64,000 nucleotides of DNA from Actinomycetes bacterium (GTDB lineage: Bacteria; Actinomycetota; Acidimicrobiia; Acidimicrobiales; Acidimicrobilacustridaceae): the NCBI GenBank assembly GCA_037139155.1, contig JBAXGZ010000001.1, positions 36,845 through 100,844 on the forward strand, in the 5' to 3' direction. The notes under the pieces were generated by a model. That model was not told where the DNA came from. It ran no database searches and saw only the letters and a list, made by a program, of their open reading frames with translations. Positions 9,856 to 19,684 of this stretch are shown piece by piece. Made by a program: the position numbers and the translations under genes. Every line of letters begins with the position of its first letter. Position 1 is the first letter of the stretch.

Positions 9856-12800
9856 TCACGATTCCTTGCGGAGCGCGAGGTGAAACGAGGTGAATGTCCG
9901 CCCCATGTGCTCAAGCAGGATATGGGGATAACGGGCATAGGTGACGTGGTGCGTCCAAAGTCCGCCGAGCTGCGCAACCTGGCGATTTTGGTCTTCAGCA
10001 ACGTCAAGGAAGGGTGAGCGCGACGCCCAGGTCTCGGGGGACACCGAAGCATCGAACGGTTCAATCAACGACCACTTTCGATCGCCGAGGAAGACCGTTC
10101 GGATGTCCTCGTCATCAAAGAGCAGAGCCCCAGGGATCCCTGGGCGATCACCCTCGAGGCGGAACTCGGAAGCGACCGAGAGAATTCCCCCGGGACGCAG
10201 GACTCGCCACGCCTCGTCGAGCGAACGTGCCACGTCGTTTCGGTCACCGAAATGCTCAACGGAACTCGACGAAAACACACCGGAGACGCTCTCGTCGGGA
10301 AGGTCGAGCGCGAGGGCGTTCATATCCTCCACTCGCAGGCGCGTCGGGTCCCAAATGAACGGCCAGTGTCGTCCTGGATTGACGAGCATCGAAGAATCAG
10401 CGCTCTCATCCCAGCCTTCGGCTAGGTAGAGATCAGTCGCGATGACCTCCTTCGCGAAACGGGTCAGATAGAACACGGTCGGTTCATTTCCCGCACCAAC
10501 ACCGAGGAAACGATGAGATCCGTCGAGCAAACCAGCCTCGCGAAACGAGAGAACGGCCATCGCTACTTCCCAGTATTTGCGATATTCACGAGCCGATGGG
10601 AACTCGGGACCGAAACGCAGCAGCTCATGCGCAAACACATCACGAATCACATCGCGAAGTCGCGGTGTCACAAAATCTTCGACCTCACAAATTTTCGAAA
10701 GGGAGAGGTTCCGTTCAAGGAGTAACGGTTTCTCGATCACTAGTTCCGAAGCACGATCTTGAACACGAATCGCGGGGAGATCTTCGCAGAGCCACTCGGT
10801 GACTCTCCGAAATTCTTCCTCGAAGCGAAGTGGATCGACGTTCGAGCGATAGCGATCGGTTTGGATCGCAACGAATGTGGATCGATTCGCGACTGTGGCT
10901 CGGAGCGCTCGCAACGCGTCGATCGGATCGTTCGGTGAGAAATTCCAGGGTCCGTTACCGAGCAATTCATCGTGCGCCGCAATCGAAGACAACACGACTG
11001 GGGTTCCGCGTTCAAGGGACTCAATAACCGAGAGTGAAAAACCTTCATGAAGCGACGGGATAATGACCGCTTCAGCACTCCGAAGTATCGAATCGAAATC
11101 GTCATCCGCGATCTGACCTCCAATTCGAAAGCGATTCCGTTCAAGCCCTAGCTCTAGCGCCAGCGTCGTCAACGCGACCCGATGCTCATCGGACATCGAG
11201 GCAATGACGACGACATCGAGATCGGTTCGATCCAGAACAGCAAACGGAACTGCTGCCGCCACACCCACAAGGAGATTTTTGTGCGGGAGCCCATTTCCCA
11301 CAACGACAACGTGTGATCGTCGAGTCGTTCGTGATTCTCTCCCTGCTTGCGTCACTGATTCGCCCAGCCGTGTCAATCCCGGCGCACATCCCGTTTCTAC
11401 GATGCACTCGGGGCGAACCCCCAACTCGATTGCCTCGGCAGTCGACGACGCGGAAAGAGTAAGCAGCTTCCCGTACCCCCCGATGCATTCAAGTCCATAT
11501 TGATACTCCAGAAACTCAGCATCTGTTCTCAAAAAACTGTCTGGGTAGGTTCCCATAATCGAATCAAGCCACACTCCAGCGCTACGCACCGATGGCGACC
11601 TCGACAACCGCACCTGTAGATCGGTTTTTCGGTGGATAAACGGGGCTAACTGAAGAAAAGATCCAACCCGTCGACCATTCTCCCGTCCCCATACGCCGTC
11701 GAATCGCTCAGCAAGGTCCGCCGGAAGTGGCGGTAAGTCCATCGAAGCAAGTTGCCATACCTCTACGGCATCAGGAACCGAAGCAAGAACTACCTCGAGG
11801 GCATTTCGAGCATGGGTGCGTGTGCCACACATGACCGCCAACTGGGCCCCTCGAGTGTCAATCAAGAGCACTTTCGGCCAATCAACATCTCCTGCCGGGT
11901 CTGTGCCTATCGAACGGAACCTTCGCAACTCGCTCAGCCCCGCCGCCGCGGCCTCGTCTCCTGAAAGCGATTCGATGAGTTCCCACTCCCGATCGTCAAG
12001 CAACAGTGGTGATGTTGTTCGTCGGGAACGGAGACGAGCAGTGACGGACTTTGCCATTTTGTGAGAACCGGAATGATCCGAGATGGTCGCGGTTCTCGAA
12101 CCAATGGTCGGCGCAATCCGCTCGAAGGCACGACCCGGAGCACTGAACTCGGCGACTTTTGCTTGGACGTTCGATGGATTGCTCAATTGCTTGCGCCGAA
12201 GTCGCCAGAGGTGGTTGGCGAGGGGGAGCACGAGTACCCGAAACGGACGGGCGAGTTCCACAAGCACTCGGCCAAGTTCGTACTCCCAACTTGCCTCAAG
12301 GGCCCAGATGCGATGTTCGTTGGAGTTTGCCCGATGTTCTTCAGCAGCAATCCGAGCGTCGCGTTGTTTGAGTTCCTCCCGACTTTGCCGCAACGCGACT
12401 TCGGCTTCCTTTACTTGCTTATCTCGCTCAAGCACTGCGCGGGTCAGTTGCGCCTCTGCCTCACCGTGTCCTTCACCGAAGGCTGCCTTCTGAAGCGCTT
12501 CAAGCAACGGCCATTGGAAAAATCCATCGATTGGAGAAACCGGTTGTGCGAGACGTTGCCGCAGGTCGGGTCGGTCTGCTCTTGAGTAGAACCGATTGAT
12601 CCCATCATCGATCGAGAATTCATACCCCGCTTCGAGAACAACTGGTTCCCAACTCGCATGGGACGGTGCCCACGTCGACGGGTCTATTGATTCAATGACC
12701 AACACCAAAGGACGGAAACGTTTCCAATCATTGGAGGAAATAACTTCTTCTTCGGCTCCCTCAACGTCGATCTTTAAAAACCCAATTTCTCGGTTTTCCA

Positions 12801-13224
12801 AGTAGCGGTCGAAAAGCTCCTTGAGAGTAAGAGATTGCACAGCAACAATTTCTCTCCGCTCATCGAGTGCACCGGAGAATGTCTCGGCCTCGGTATAGAT
12901 CGAGGAAAGATCGAGGTGGGGATACCGCAAGGTGAATTCAATCTCTCCCGAACGACGCGAAACGGCAACCTGCAAAGTCAGATCGCGGGGACGCTCACTC
13001 GATAGGAGTGATGCATTCGGACCCGGCTCAACATTGATGCCGCTCCAACCCCTTTCGGAAAAGAGTCGGGTCACCGAGAAATCTGTCGGATGCCCGGCAC
13101 CAATATCTACATAGATGCAGTCGGTCTCAGTCGATAACGCCTTCCAGAGACGGACATCTTCGAAGTTCTGCGCGTAGGAAATCGGTGCGACGTGTACCTG
13201 ATCGTCACCCTCAACAGAAGTCAT
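9856..13224 (-). CDS. Multidomain FkbM methyltransferase + coiled coil + GT4 glycosyltransferase + class I SAM methyltransferase (1122 aa)
   Basis: FkbM: SYAQNFED, YVDIGAG, GINVEP, LKIDVEGAE. Heptad-rich segment EAEAQL...ALEASW. GT4: PSLHEGFSLSVIES, GTPVVLS. C-terminal methyltransferase: FLGVGAG, SSSSVEHFG. Confidence 0.8.
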   Translation of the reverse strand: MTSVEGDDQVHVAPISYAQNFEDVRLWKALSTETDCIYVDIGAGHPTDFSVTRLFSERGWSGINVEPGPNASLLSSERPRDLTLQVAVSRRSGEIEFTLRYPHLDLSSIYTEAETFSGALDERREIVAVQSLTLKELFDRYLENREIGFLKIDVEGAEEEVISSNDWKRFRPLVLVIESIDPSTWAPSHASWEPVVLEAGYEFSIDDGINRFYSRADRPDLRQRLAQPVSPIDGFFQWPLLEALQKAAFGEGHGEAEAQLTRAVLERDKQVKEAEVALRQSREELKQRDARIAAEEHRANSNEHRIWALEASWEYELGRVLVELARPFRVLVLPLANHLWRLRRKQLSNPSNVQAKVAEFSAPGRAFERIAPTIGSRTATISDHSGSHKMAKSVTARLRSRRTTSPLLLDDREWELIESLSGDEAAAAGLSELRRFRSIGTDPAGDVDWPKVLLIDTRGAQLAVMCGTRTHARNALEVVLASVPDAVEVWQLASMDLPPLPADLAERFDGVWGRENGRRVGSFLQLAPFIHRKTDLQVRLSRSPSVRSAGVWLDSIMGTYPDSFLRTDAEFLEYQYGLECIGGYGKLLTLSASSTAEAIELGVRPECIVETGCAPGLTRLGESVTQAGRESRTTRRSHVVVVGNGLPHKNLLVGVAAAVPFAVLDRTDLDVVVIASMSDEHRVALTTLALELGLERNRFRIGGQIADDDFDSILRSAEAVIIPSLHEGFSLSVIESLERGTPVVLSSIAAHDELLGNGPWNFSPNDPIDALRALRATVANRSTFVAIQTDRYRSNVDPLRFEEEFRRVTEWLCEDLPAIRVQDRASELVIEKPLLLERNLSLSKICEVEDFVTPRLRDVIRDVFAHELLRFGPEFPSAREYRKYWEVAMAVLSFREAGLLDGSHRFLGVGAGNEPTVFYLTRFAKEVIATDLYLAEGWDESADSSMLVNPGRHWPFIWDPTRLRVEDMNALALDLPDESVSGVFSSSSVEHFGDRNDVARSLDEAWRVLRPGGILSVASEFRLEGDRPGIPGALLFDDEDIRTVFLGDRKWSLIEPFDASVSPETWASRSPFLDVAEDQNRQVAQLGGLWTHHVTYARYPHILLEHMGRTFTSFHLALRKES

Positions 13225-13278
13225 TTTGGATCAAAATCTCCGCATAGATATCGTCAATCTTCGGTGCGTACGGGCACC

Positions 13279-13290
13279 TAACGTAGCCCT
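13279..13290 (+). promoter_or_regulatory. Possible -10 element giving a leaderless transcript
   Basis: TAACGT ends 6 nt before ATG 13291, with no Shine-Dalgarno sequence. Confidence 0.35.
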
Positions 13291-14760
13291 ATGCCACCTG
13301 ACGTCCACCCGTTTCCCATGGGTGCCGCCCGCAGTCTCCAACTTCTGTCGAAGTTGCTTTCTTCGCCGGTCGTTGTGATCGATGCCGGAGCGCGATGGGG
13401 TGTCATGCCTTCGTGGTCCGCCCTCGGTAACCAAGTGAATGTCATTGGATTTGAACCCGAACCAGAAGAGGCTCGTGAACTTGAGTCGAAGTATCGCGAC
13501 GATGACCAGATTGAAATCGTGGCGATGGCGTTGGGATCGACGGCAGGGAACATTCCTCTGAAAGTCACGCCAGATGCGTCGGGATCTTCGTTCTACACTC
13601 CAAATATTGGTGACCGGATGTCACCAGGTGTTGATCTCGACGTGGTCGCGACTATCAACGTTGAAATGACCACACTCGACGATTGGGTCGCTTCTTCGCG
13701 ATTCGATCGAGTGGATGCCATGAAACTCGACGTTCAGGGTGCGGAATATGAAATATTTCTCGGCGCATCTGATTCGCTTTCGACAACACGAATCCTCCAA
13801 ACCGAAATGCATATGAATCCCCTGTACGAGGGAGCGAAACTTTTCGGGGACAATGATGCTCTTCTCCGAAGTCATGGTTTTGAGTTGTGGATGCTCCCAA
13901 CGCTTGCCCACTACCGCCCAAACCGCGATGGCGGCGCCGTCATAGATCGCGTCGATGTTCATTGGTTCAATGACATTCCTGTTCCCGTTCCCACCGAAGG
14001 AGCACAACTTTCTTGGGCCGACGCGATCTACATAAAGAGTGATTTCGCGCGCATCGTTGATGGCACCTCCGCGGAATCCCTCCTGCGCGATGCCGTTCTT
14101 GCGATTGGCATGGACCAATTTTCACTTGCGATTGATGCCCTGAATGCAGCGAGGTCGCTCGCCAAGCCTGAGACTCATGCCGTCATCGATGCTGCTGCTT
14201 TGTCGTTGCGCTACCAATCGCCCAGTCTCGCCTTCGCAAACTCCCGGATAGCCCACCTCGACTCGATCGCCCAACCGCTCACCGATTCCTATTCGGTCGA
14301 TTTGCGCGCACCCCTTAACGGATGGGGATGGCATGACCCGCTTCCAACTCCCGATGGTGGATGGATCCGCTGGACCGGTCCGCAACGAGAGTCGTCCGTG
14401 CATATCCCCATCACGTTGGACGTTGGTTCGATCATCAGAGTCGTGGTTGTCCGCGCTGCTGCCGCTGAACTCATCGAGTCAGTTGTCCTTGAGGTAAACG
14501 GAGTTGTCGTCGAAACCGTTCTCACTGAATCGGAAATCGCCGGTATTCCGACCTTCATCATCGAAGGTCGCGTTACTCACACTTGGGAAGAATCCCATTC
14601 GCGACTGATTCTGCGGGTGGCGAAAACCGTGCCGTGGAAATCAATTGATGAGTCTTCGAACGACGCGACCGAATATGGGATTGCCATCAAGGACATCACC
14701 GTCTCGCCGGAAAAATCGACGTGGCGAACTCTGCTCGTGAAGAAGTTCAGGGGAGCGTAA
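13291..14760 (+). CDS. FkbM family methyltransferase with C-terminal beta-rich domain (489 aa)
   Basis: VIDAGAR, VIGFEP, MKLDVQGAEYEIFLG, QLSWADAIY. C-terminal GWGW..IRWTG..LEVNG segment. Overlaps the map stop convergently by 14 bp. Confidence 0.8.
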   Translation: MPPDVHPFPMGAARSLQLLSKLLSSPVVVIDAGARWGVMPSWSALGNQVNVIGFEPEPEEARELESKYRDDDQIEIVAMALGSTAGNIPLKVTPDASGSSFYTPNIGDRMSPGVDLDVVATINVEMTTLDDWVASSRFDRVDAMKLDVQGAEYEIFLGASDSLSTTRILQTEMHMNPLYEGAKLFGDNDALLRSHGFELWMLPTLAHYRPNRDGGAVIDRVDVHWFNDIPVPVPTEGAQLSWADAIYIKSDFARIVDGTSAESLLRDAVLAIGMDQFSLAIDALNAARSLAKPETHAVIDAAALSLRYQSPSLAFANSRIAHLDSIAQPLTDSYSVDLRAPLNGWGWHDPLPTPDGGWIRWTGPQRESSVHIPITLDVGSIIRVVVVRAAAAELIESVVLEVNGVVVETVLTESEIAGIPTFIIEGRVTHTWEESHSRLILRVAKTVPWKSIDESSNDATEYGIAIKDITVSPEKSTWRTLLVKKFRGA

Positions 14761-15490
14761 GAATTTCGGGGCCATCGGGGCCGATCGCAATGGTGTGTTC
14801 GAAGTGGGCAGCCCAAGATCCGTCAGCCGAAAGCACCGTCCAACCGTCCTCGGTAAGGAAGGTCTCGGCCTCGCCAATGGTCACCATCGGCTCCACGGCG
14901 AGGGTCATGCCCTTCTTGAGCTTCCCGCCCTTCCCCGGCACCCCGTAGTTGGGAACCTCCGGGGCCTCATGCATGGCTCGCCCGATGCCATGGCCTACAT
15001 AGTCGCGGACCACTGAAAAGCCGGCCTGCTCAACCACGGCCTGAACCGCGGCACCGATGTCACCCAGCGTGTTGCCCTCGACCATGGCTGCGATGCCCGC
15101 GGCCAGTGAGGCCTCGGTCACCGAAATGAGTCGAGCCGCCTCGGGAGAGATTTCCCCCACCCCGGCGGTAAATGCGGCATCGCCATGCCAACCCTCGACC
15201 ACCGCACCACAATCGACGGAAATGATGTCGCCCTCGTTGAGCACGATTGGGCCTGGGATGCCATGGACGATCACGTCGTTGGGTGACGCGCAGATGACTG
15301 CGGGGAAGCCGTGATAGCCGAGGAAGTTCGACGTCGCTCCCCTGTTGTCAATGACTTTCCGTCCGATGGCATCGAGGTCGGCAGTGGTGACACCAGGACG
15401 AATCGCAGCGCGGATCTGTTCGTGCATCTCGGCGACGACACGACCGGCGGCGCGCATATGTCGAAGTTCGTCCTGCGAACGAGTTTTCAT
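14747..15490 (-). CDS. map: Methionine aminopeptidase type I
   Basis: SVDCGA, WHGDAAFT, GHGIG, AVEPM, AHFEHT. Confidence 0.98.
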   Translation of the reverse strand: MKTRSQDELRHMRAAGRVVAEMHEQIRAAIRPGVTTADLDAIGRKVIDNRGATSNFLGYHGFPAVICASPNDVIVHGIPGPIVLNEGDIISVDCGAVVEGWHGDAAFTAGVGEISPEAARLISVTEASLAAGIAAMVEGNTLGDIGAAVQAVVEQAGFSVVRDYVGHGIGRAMHEAPEVPNYGVPGKGGKLKKGMTLAVEPMVTIGEAETFLTEDGWTVLSADGSWAAHFEHTIAIGPDGPEILTLP

Positions 15491-15497
15491 TCGAAAC

Positions 15498-16145
15498 TCA
15501 GCGCGAAAGACGAGTGTCGATGGTGCTCAGAAGACGACCAAAGACCTCGTCGGGACTACCAAGTCCGTCAACTTTGACCAACAAACCTGACGATTCATAA
15601 AAGTCAATGGTTGGTTGGGTTTCTGTGGTGTAGGCAGCAAGGCGCTTGGCAATTGATTCGGGGGTGTCGTCCGCGCGTTGAACAACTTCGCCCCCACACT
15701 TATCGCACACCCATTCCGTTGACGGCGGCGCGGCGACGGAGTAGATCGCCCCGCATTGTGCACACACGCGGCGAGATGAAATACGCTCAAGTACAACGTC
15801 TTCAGGAACGACAAGGTCGATCGCGACATCGATGGTTGCGAACTTCGACATCCCTTCGGCTTGCACAACCGTGCGCGGAAAGCCGTCAAGAAGAAAACCG
15901 TTTGCTTGCACATCGGCTTGGTTGAGTCGTTCTTCCACCACGCCGAGAATGATCTGGTCCGAGACAAGGCCACCGGCGTCCATCACGGCCTTCGCTTCGA
16001 TGCCAAGAGGCGTACCGGCGGCAACCGCAGCGCGCAGCATGTCTCCGGTGGAGATGTGCGGAGTTCCGTAATGCGCTGAAAGCCGCTCGGACTGAGTGCC
16101 CTTGCCTGCTCCCTGCCGTCCGAAGATGAGCAGACGAGCGGTCAT
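15498..16145 (-). CDS. adk: Adenylate kinase (long Zn-lid type)
   Basis: GRQGAGKGT, HISTGDMLR, LLDGFPR, lid CAQC...CDKC. Confidence 0.98.
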   Translation of the reverse strand: MTARLLIFGRQGAGKGTQSERLSAHYGTPHISTGDMLRAAVAAGTPLGIEAKAVMDAGGLVSDQIILGVVEERLNQADVQANGFLLDGFPRTVVQAEGMSKFATIDVAIDLVVPEDVVLERISSRRVCAQCGAIYSVAAPPSTEWVCDKCGGEVVQRADDTPESIAKRLAAYTTETQPTIDFYESSGLLVKVDGLGSPDEVFGRLLSTIDTRLSR

Positions 16146-17458
16146 TACTTCAGGAATCCTTCATAGTTCCGCATCATCAACTGGCTATCGATCTGCTTCA
16201 TGGTCTCGAGGGCGACGCCCACCGCGATGAGGATCGAGATACCGGTGAAGGACACCTGCGTACCTGGAAGGTAGGTAGTGAGGATGTAGGACGGAACCAG
16301 TGCAACAGCAGCGATGAAGAGAGCGCCGGGAAGGGTGATTCGTGACAGCACCTTGGCGAGGTAACGCTCAGTCTGGGGACCGGGACGAATGCCAGGAATA
16401 AAGCCACCCTGCTTACGAAGCTGATCAGCCTGCTTCACCGGATCGAAGGTGATGGCGGTGTAGAAGTAGGCGAACCCAATGATCAGAAGACCGAAGATGA
16501 TCATATGAATCGGAGCATTAGGCGTAACGAGGTTTGAGTTCACCCAATCCTGCGTGCTCTTACCCCAACCGTCAGCTGGCAACACGAAGCTGAGCAACTG
16601 CGGAAGGTACAGAACCGAACTAGCGAAGATGATCGGGATAACGCCCGACTGGTTCACCTTGAGGGGGATGTAGGTGCTCTGACCGCCGTACTGACGACGA
16701 CCAACCACACGCTTGGCGAACTGCACGGGGATTCGACGTTGACCCTGTTCGACATAGACGATTGCGACGGTGATGAGCGCATAGCCGGCGAGAACCAGGA
16801 TCACAGCGATCCATCCACCGTTGGCCTTGATCGTGGCCATCTGGCTCGGGAGCAAGGACACAACCGAGGCGAAGATCAGCAATGACATGCCGTTGCCGAT
16901 GCCACGCTGGGTGACAAGTTCACCCATCCACATAAGCAGCGCAGTACCGGTCGTGAGCGTGAGGATGATGAGCAGCACGCGCCCCACGGTGAAGTTGGGG
17001 ATGAGGTCAAGGCCAGTGGTGTTGCCTCTCGTGAGACCACCGCCGCCGTTATGGAACAGATAGGCCAAACCAGTGGCCTGAAGAATGGCGATGCCCATCG
17101 TCACATAACGGGTCCACTGTGTGATCTTGCGCTGACCAACAGCGCCCATGTTCTGCCATTCCTCAAGCTTGGGAATAACGACACCGAGGATCTGCATGAT
17201 GATCGACGCAGTGATGTACGGCATGATGCCAAGAGCGAAGATCGCGAAGTTGGTGAGTCCACCACCGGAGAACAACTTCAGGAATGCCAGCACGCCACCC
17301 GAATCGGCTTGCGACTTGAGTTGCTTAAGCGCCGCGGTATCAATTCCGGGAACGGGAAGATGAGCGCCCAGGCGATACAGGGCGATGATCAGCAACGAGA
17401 ACAGGACCTTGTTGCGAAGGTCCTGGACCTTGAAGATGTTCTTGAGATTTGCGAGCAC
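16145..17458 (-). CDS. secY: Preprotein translocase SecY
   Basis: IFALGIMPYITASII, GIGNGMSL, GGFIPGIRPG. GTG start at 17458. Confidence 0.99.
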   Translation of the reverse strand: MLANLKNIFKVQDLRNKVLFSLLIIALYRLGAHLPVPGIDTAALKQLKSQADSGGVLAFLKLFSGGGLTNFAIFALGIMPYITASIIMQILGVVIPKLEEWQNMGAVGQRKITQWTRYVTMGIAILQATGLAYLFHNGGGGLTRGNTTGLDLIPNFTVGRVLLIILTLTTGTALLMWMGELVTQRGIGNGMSLLIFASVVSLLPSQMATIKANGGWIAVILVLAGYALITVAIVYVEQGQRRIPVQFAKRVVGRRQYGGQSTYIPLKVNQSGVIPIIFASSVLYLPQLLSFVLPADGWGKSTQDWVNSNLVTPNAPIHMIIFGLLIIGFAYFYTAITFDPVKQADQLRKQGGFIPGIRPGPQTERYLAKVLSRITLPGALFIAAVALVPSYILTTYLPGTQVSFTGISILIAVGVALETMKQIDSQLMMRNYEGFLK

Positions 17459-17508
17459 CGAGGTCACTCCTACCGCCGGCTACGAGACCAGCAGTTCGTC
17501 AACAGTCG

Positions 17509-17997
17509 TCAGCGGTTCGTGAACTGATTGCCCTTTGCGGGAGGACGACGCTCGCCCCATGGCAAAGGAATGGTCTCGACGGTACCGCCAGCGGCAGTGA
17601 TCGCGGCTTCGGCCGACTTCGAGAACGCATGTGCTCGAACGGTCACGGCACGCGTGATCTCGCCACGACCCAACACCTTCACGAGGGAGCCCTTTCCGAC
17701 AAGGCTTTGCTCTAACAGCGACACCGGATCGACAATGTCGAGACCTGAATCGTTGATGGTGTCGAGGTTGATGGCCTGGTATTCGACGCGGAAGGGGTTA
17801 TTGAAACCGCGAAGCTTCGGGACACGCATATGCAGCGGGTTCTGACCACCCTCGAAACGAGCGGGAATGGACGTACGCGCGCTTTGGCCCTTGGTACCGC
17901 GGCCTGCGGTCTTGCCGCCCTTGCCACCAATACCGCGGCCGACGCGCTTGCGGCGACGGTTGGAGCCCTCAGCGGGCTTGAGATCATGAATCTTCAC
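17509..17997 (-). CDS. rplO: 50S ribosomal protein L15
   Basis: RVGRGIGG, GRGTKGQ, FEGGQNPL. GTG start at 17997. Confidence 0.98.
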   Translation of the reverse strand: MKIHDLKPAEGSNRRRKRVGRGIGGKGGKTAGRGTKGQSARTSIPARFEGGQNPLHMRVPKLRGFNNPFRVEYQAINLDTINDSGLDIVDPVSLLEQSLVGKGSLVKVLGRGEITRAVTVRAHAFSKSAEAAITAAGGTVETIPLPWGERRPPAKGNQFTNR

Positions 17998-18004
17998 GAT
18001 GTCC

Positions 18005-18205
18005 TCACTTGCTGGTCGAGCCGAGCTCGACCTCTTCGACCGAGATGAGATGCGGGACACGAGCGATCATGCCGCGAATCTCAGGACGGTCGGGAAGGGT
18101 GTTGGTCTTGCCGATGCCACGGAGACCAAGTGCACGCAGTGTTCCGCGATGCTTGGGCTTCGTGCCGATCGACGACTTGATTTGAGTGACCTTAAGTTCT
18201 GCCAT
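18005..18205 (-). CDS. rpmD: 50S ribosomal protein L30
   Basis: [24 protein letters not shown]. Confidence 0.97.
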   Translation of the reverse strand: MAELKVTQIKSSIGTKPKHRGTLRALGLRGIGKTNTLPDRPEIRGMIARVPHLISVEEVELGSTSK

Positions 18206-18768
18206 CACGCGACCTCATTGGGGACGTGCGGGCCGCGCTCGGAAAGCTTGAATGCTTCGAGCATGCCCTTCGGAACGAACTCTTCGGGTGAAAGGCCACG
18301 AAGTCGAGCGACCTCATAGGGATCTTTCAGCGCCTGCAGCCCAGCAATGGTTGCCCGAGCCACATTGATGTGATTCGAGGAGCCAAGCGACTTGCAGAGA
18401 ACGTCGTGGATGCCAGCCTCTTCGAGGATGGCGCGTGCGGCGCCGCCGGCGATAACACCAGTACCAGGAGCGGCAGGCTGAATGAGGACGCGACCGGCGC
18501 CCATACGACCGACAACCGGGTGGGTCACGGTCGTACCCGCCAACGGCACCTTGAAGAGATTCTTCCGAGCCTCTTCGGTGCCCTTCTGAATAGCCAGAGG
18601 AACTTCCTTGGCCTTGCCATAACCGAGACCGACATGGCCGGCACCGTCGCCGATCACCACAAGAGCGGTGAAGGAGAAACGACGACCGCCCTTGACGACC
18701 TTGGCAACTCGATTGATGTTGATCACGCGTGACTCGCGCAGTGCGAGGGCGTCAGCGTTGAGGGCCAT
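18205..18768 (-). CDS. rpsE: 30S ribosomal protein S5
   Basis: [31 protein letters not shown]. Start trimmed to ATG 18768. Confidence 0.99.
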   Translation of the reverse strand: MALNADALALRESRVININRVAKVVKGGRRFSFTALVVIGDGAGHVGLGYGKAKEVPLAIQKGTEEARKNLFKVPLAGTTVTHPVVGRMGAGRVLIQPAAPGTGVIAGGAARAILEEAGIHDVLCKSLGSSNHINVARATIAGLQALKDPYEVARLRGLSPEEFVPKGMLEAFKLSERGPHVPNEVA

Positions 18769-19133
18769 CAGAACTCCAGTCCTGCTTCTCGGGCGGCATC
18801 GGCAACTGCGGCCACACGACCGTGGTAGAGGAATCCACCGCGATCGAAGACGACCTTGTCGATCCCTGCAGCCTTCGCTCGCTCGGCAAGAAGTTTGCCG
18901 ACAGAGGTCGCTGCAGCGATGTTGCTCGTGCCGCCGGTGACGACACCAGTCTCGACAGTCGACGCCGCGGCAATGGTGCGACCGCTGATGTCGTCGATGA
19001 TCTGTGCATTGATGTGACGGTTGGATCGGTAGACCGCCAGACGAGGACGAGCTGCGGTGCCACGCACCTGCTTGCGCACTCGACGATGACGACGGATCCG
19101 CGCATCGCGCTTCTGCTGTGCTTTGTCGCTCAT
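18768..19133 (-). CDS. rplR: 50S ribosomal protein L18
   Basis: [22 protein letters not shown]. Confidence 0.99.
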   Translation of the reverse strand: MSDKAQQKRDARIRRHRRVRKQVRGTAARPRLAVYRSNRHINAQIIDDISGRTIAAASTVETGVVTGGTSNIAAATSVGKLLAERAKAAGIDKVVFDRGGFLYHGRVAAVADAAREAGLEF

Positions 19134-19135
19134 AT

Positions 19136-19675
19136 CTACTTCCCTGCCTTACCGGCTTTGCGGGCGACATATTCGCCCTTGTACCGGACGCCCTTGCCCT
19201 TATAGGGCTCGGGCTTACGGAGTGCACGGATGTCAGCGGCGACCTGACCGACAGTTTCCTTGTCGGTTCCCCTCACGAGGATCTGCGTCGGGGCAGGTAC
19301 CTCGAAGGTGATGCCGGCCGGAGCGACGACGCTCACTGGGTGACTGAAACCAAGAGCGAGGTCGAGCGCAGTGTCGCCCTTCGCGGTGGCGCGGTAACCG
19401 ACGCCGATGATTTCAAGTTCCTTGGTGAAGCCTTCGCTTACGCCCACAACCATGTTGTTGACAAGCGAACGAACCAGGCCATGCAATGCACGGTTCTGAC
19501 GTTCGTCGTTTGGACGTTCGACGATGAGTTCAGCGCCTTCCTGACGGATGGTGATCTCACCGGGGAGGTCTCGGTCAAGCGTTCCTTTGGAACCCTTGAC
19601 TGTGACGTGCTGACCGGAAATCGAAACCTCGACTCCAGCGGGCACCGGGATAGGAGCGCGTCCTACTCGTGACAT
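19136..19675 (-). CDS. rplF: 50S ribosomal protein L6
   Basis: [19 protein letters not shown]. Confidence 0.99.
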   Translation of the reverse strand: MSRVGRAPIPVPAGVEVSISGQHVTVKGSKGTLDRDLPGEITIRQEGAELIVERPNDERQNRALHGLVRSLVNNMVVGVSEGFTKELEIIGVGYRATAKGDTALDLALGFSHPVSVVAPAGITFEVPAPTQILVRGTDKETVGQVAADIRALRKPEPYKGKGVRYKGEYVARKAGKAGK

Positions 19676-19684
19676 GTCAGCCCC

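Noticed and set aside
13223-13237. ATTTTG-GAT-CAAAAT palindrome at the start of the 1122-aa gene as an operator
   Set aside because: The 6-bp arms in AT-rich sequence are weak evidence, and no regulator is encoded nearby.
9806-14753. TCAGGGG at 9806-9812 and 14747-14753 as a target-site duplication flanking the methyltransferase island
   Set aside because: Only 7 bp in GC-rich DNA, so chance is likely. No recombinase is nearby, and the left copy lies downstream of a possible infA -10 (TACAGT).
18769-19227. Long N-terminal extensions on S5, S11, L29, L15, NuoJ, NuoB, L10 and beta-prime in the ORF track
   Set aside because: They are ORF-caller artefacts running through the upstream gene in another frame. 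Homologous starts with overlapping stop/start junctions exist downstream.
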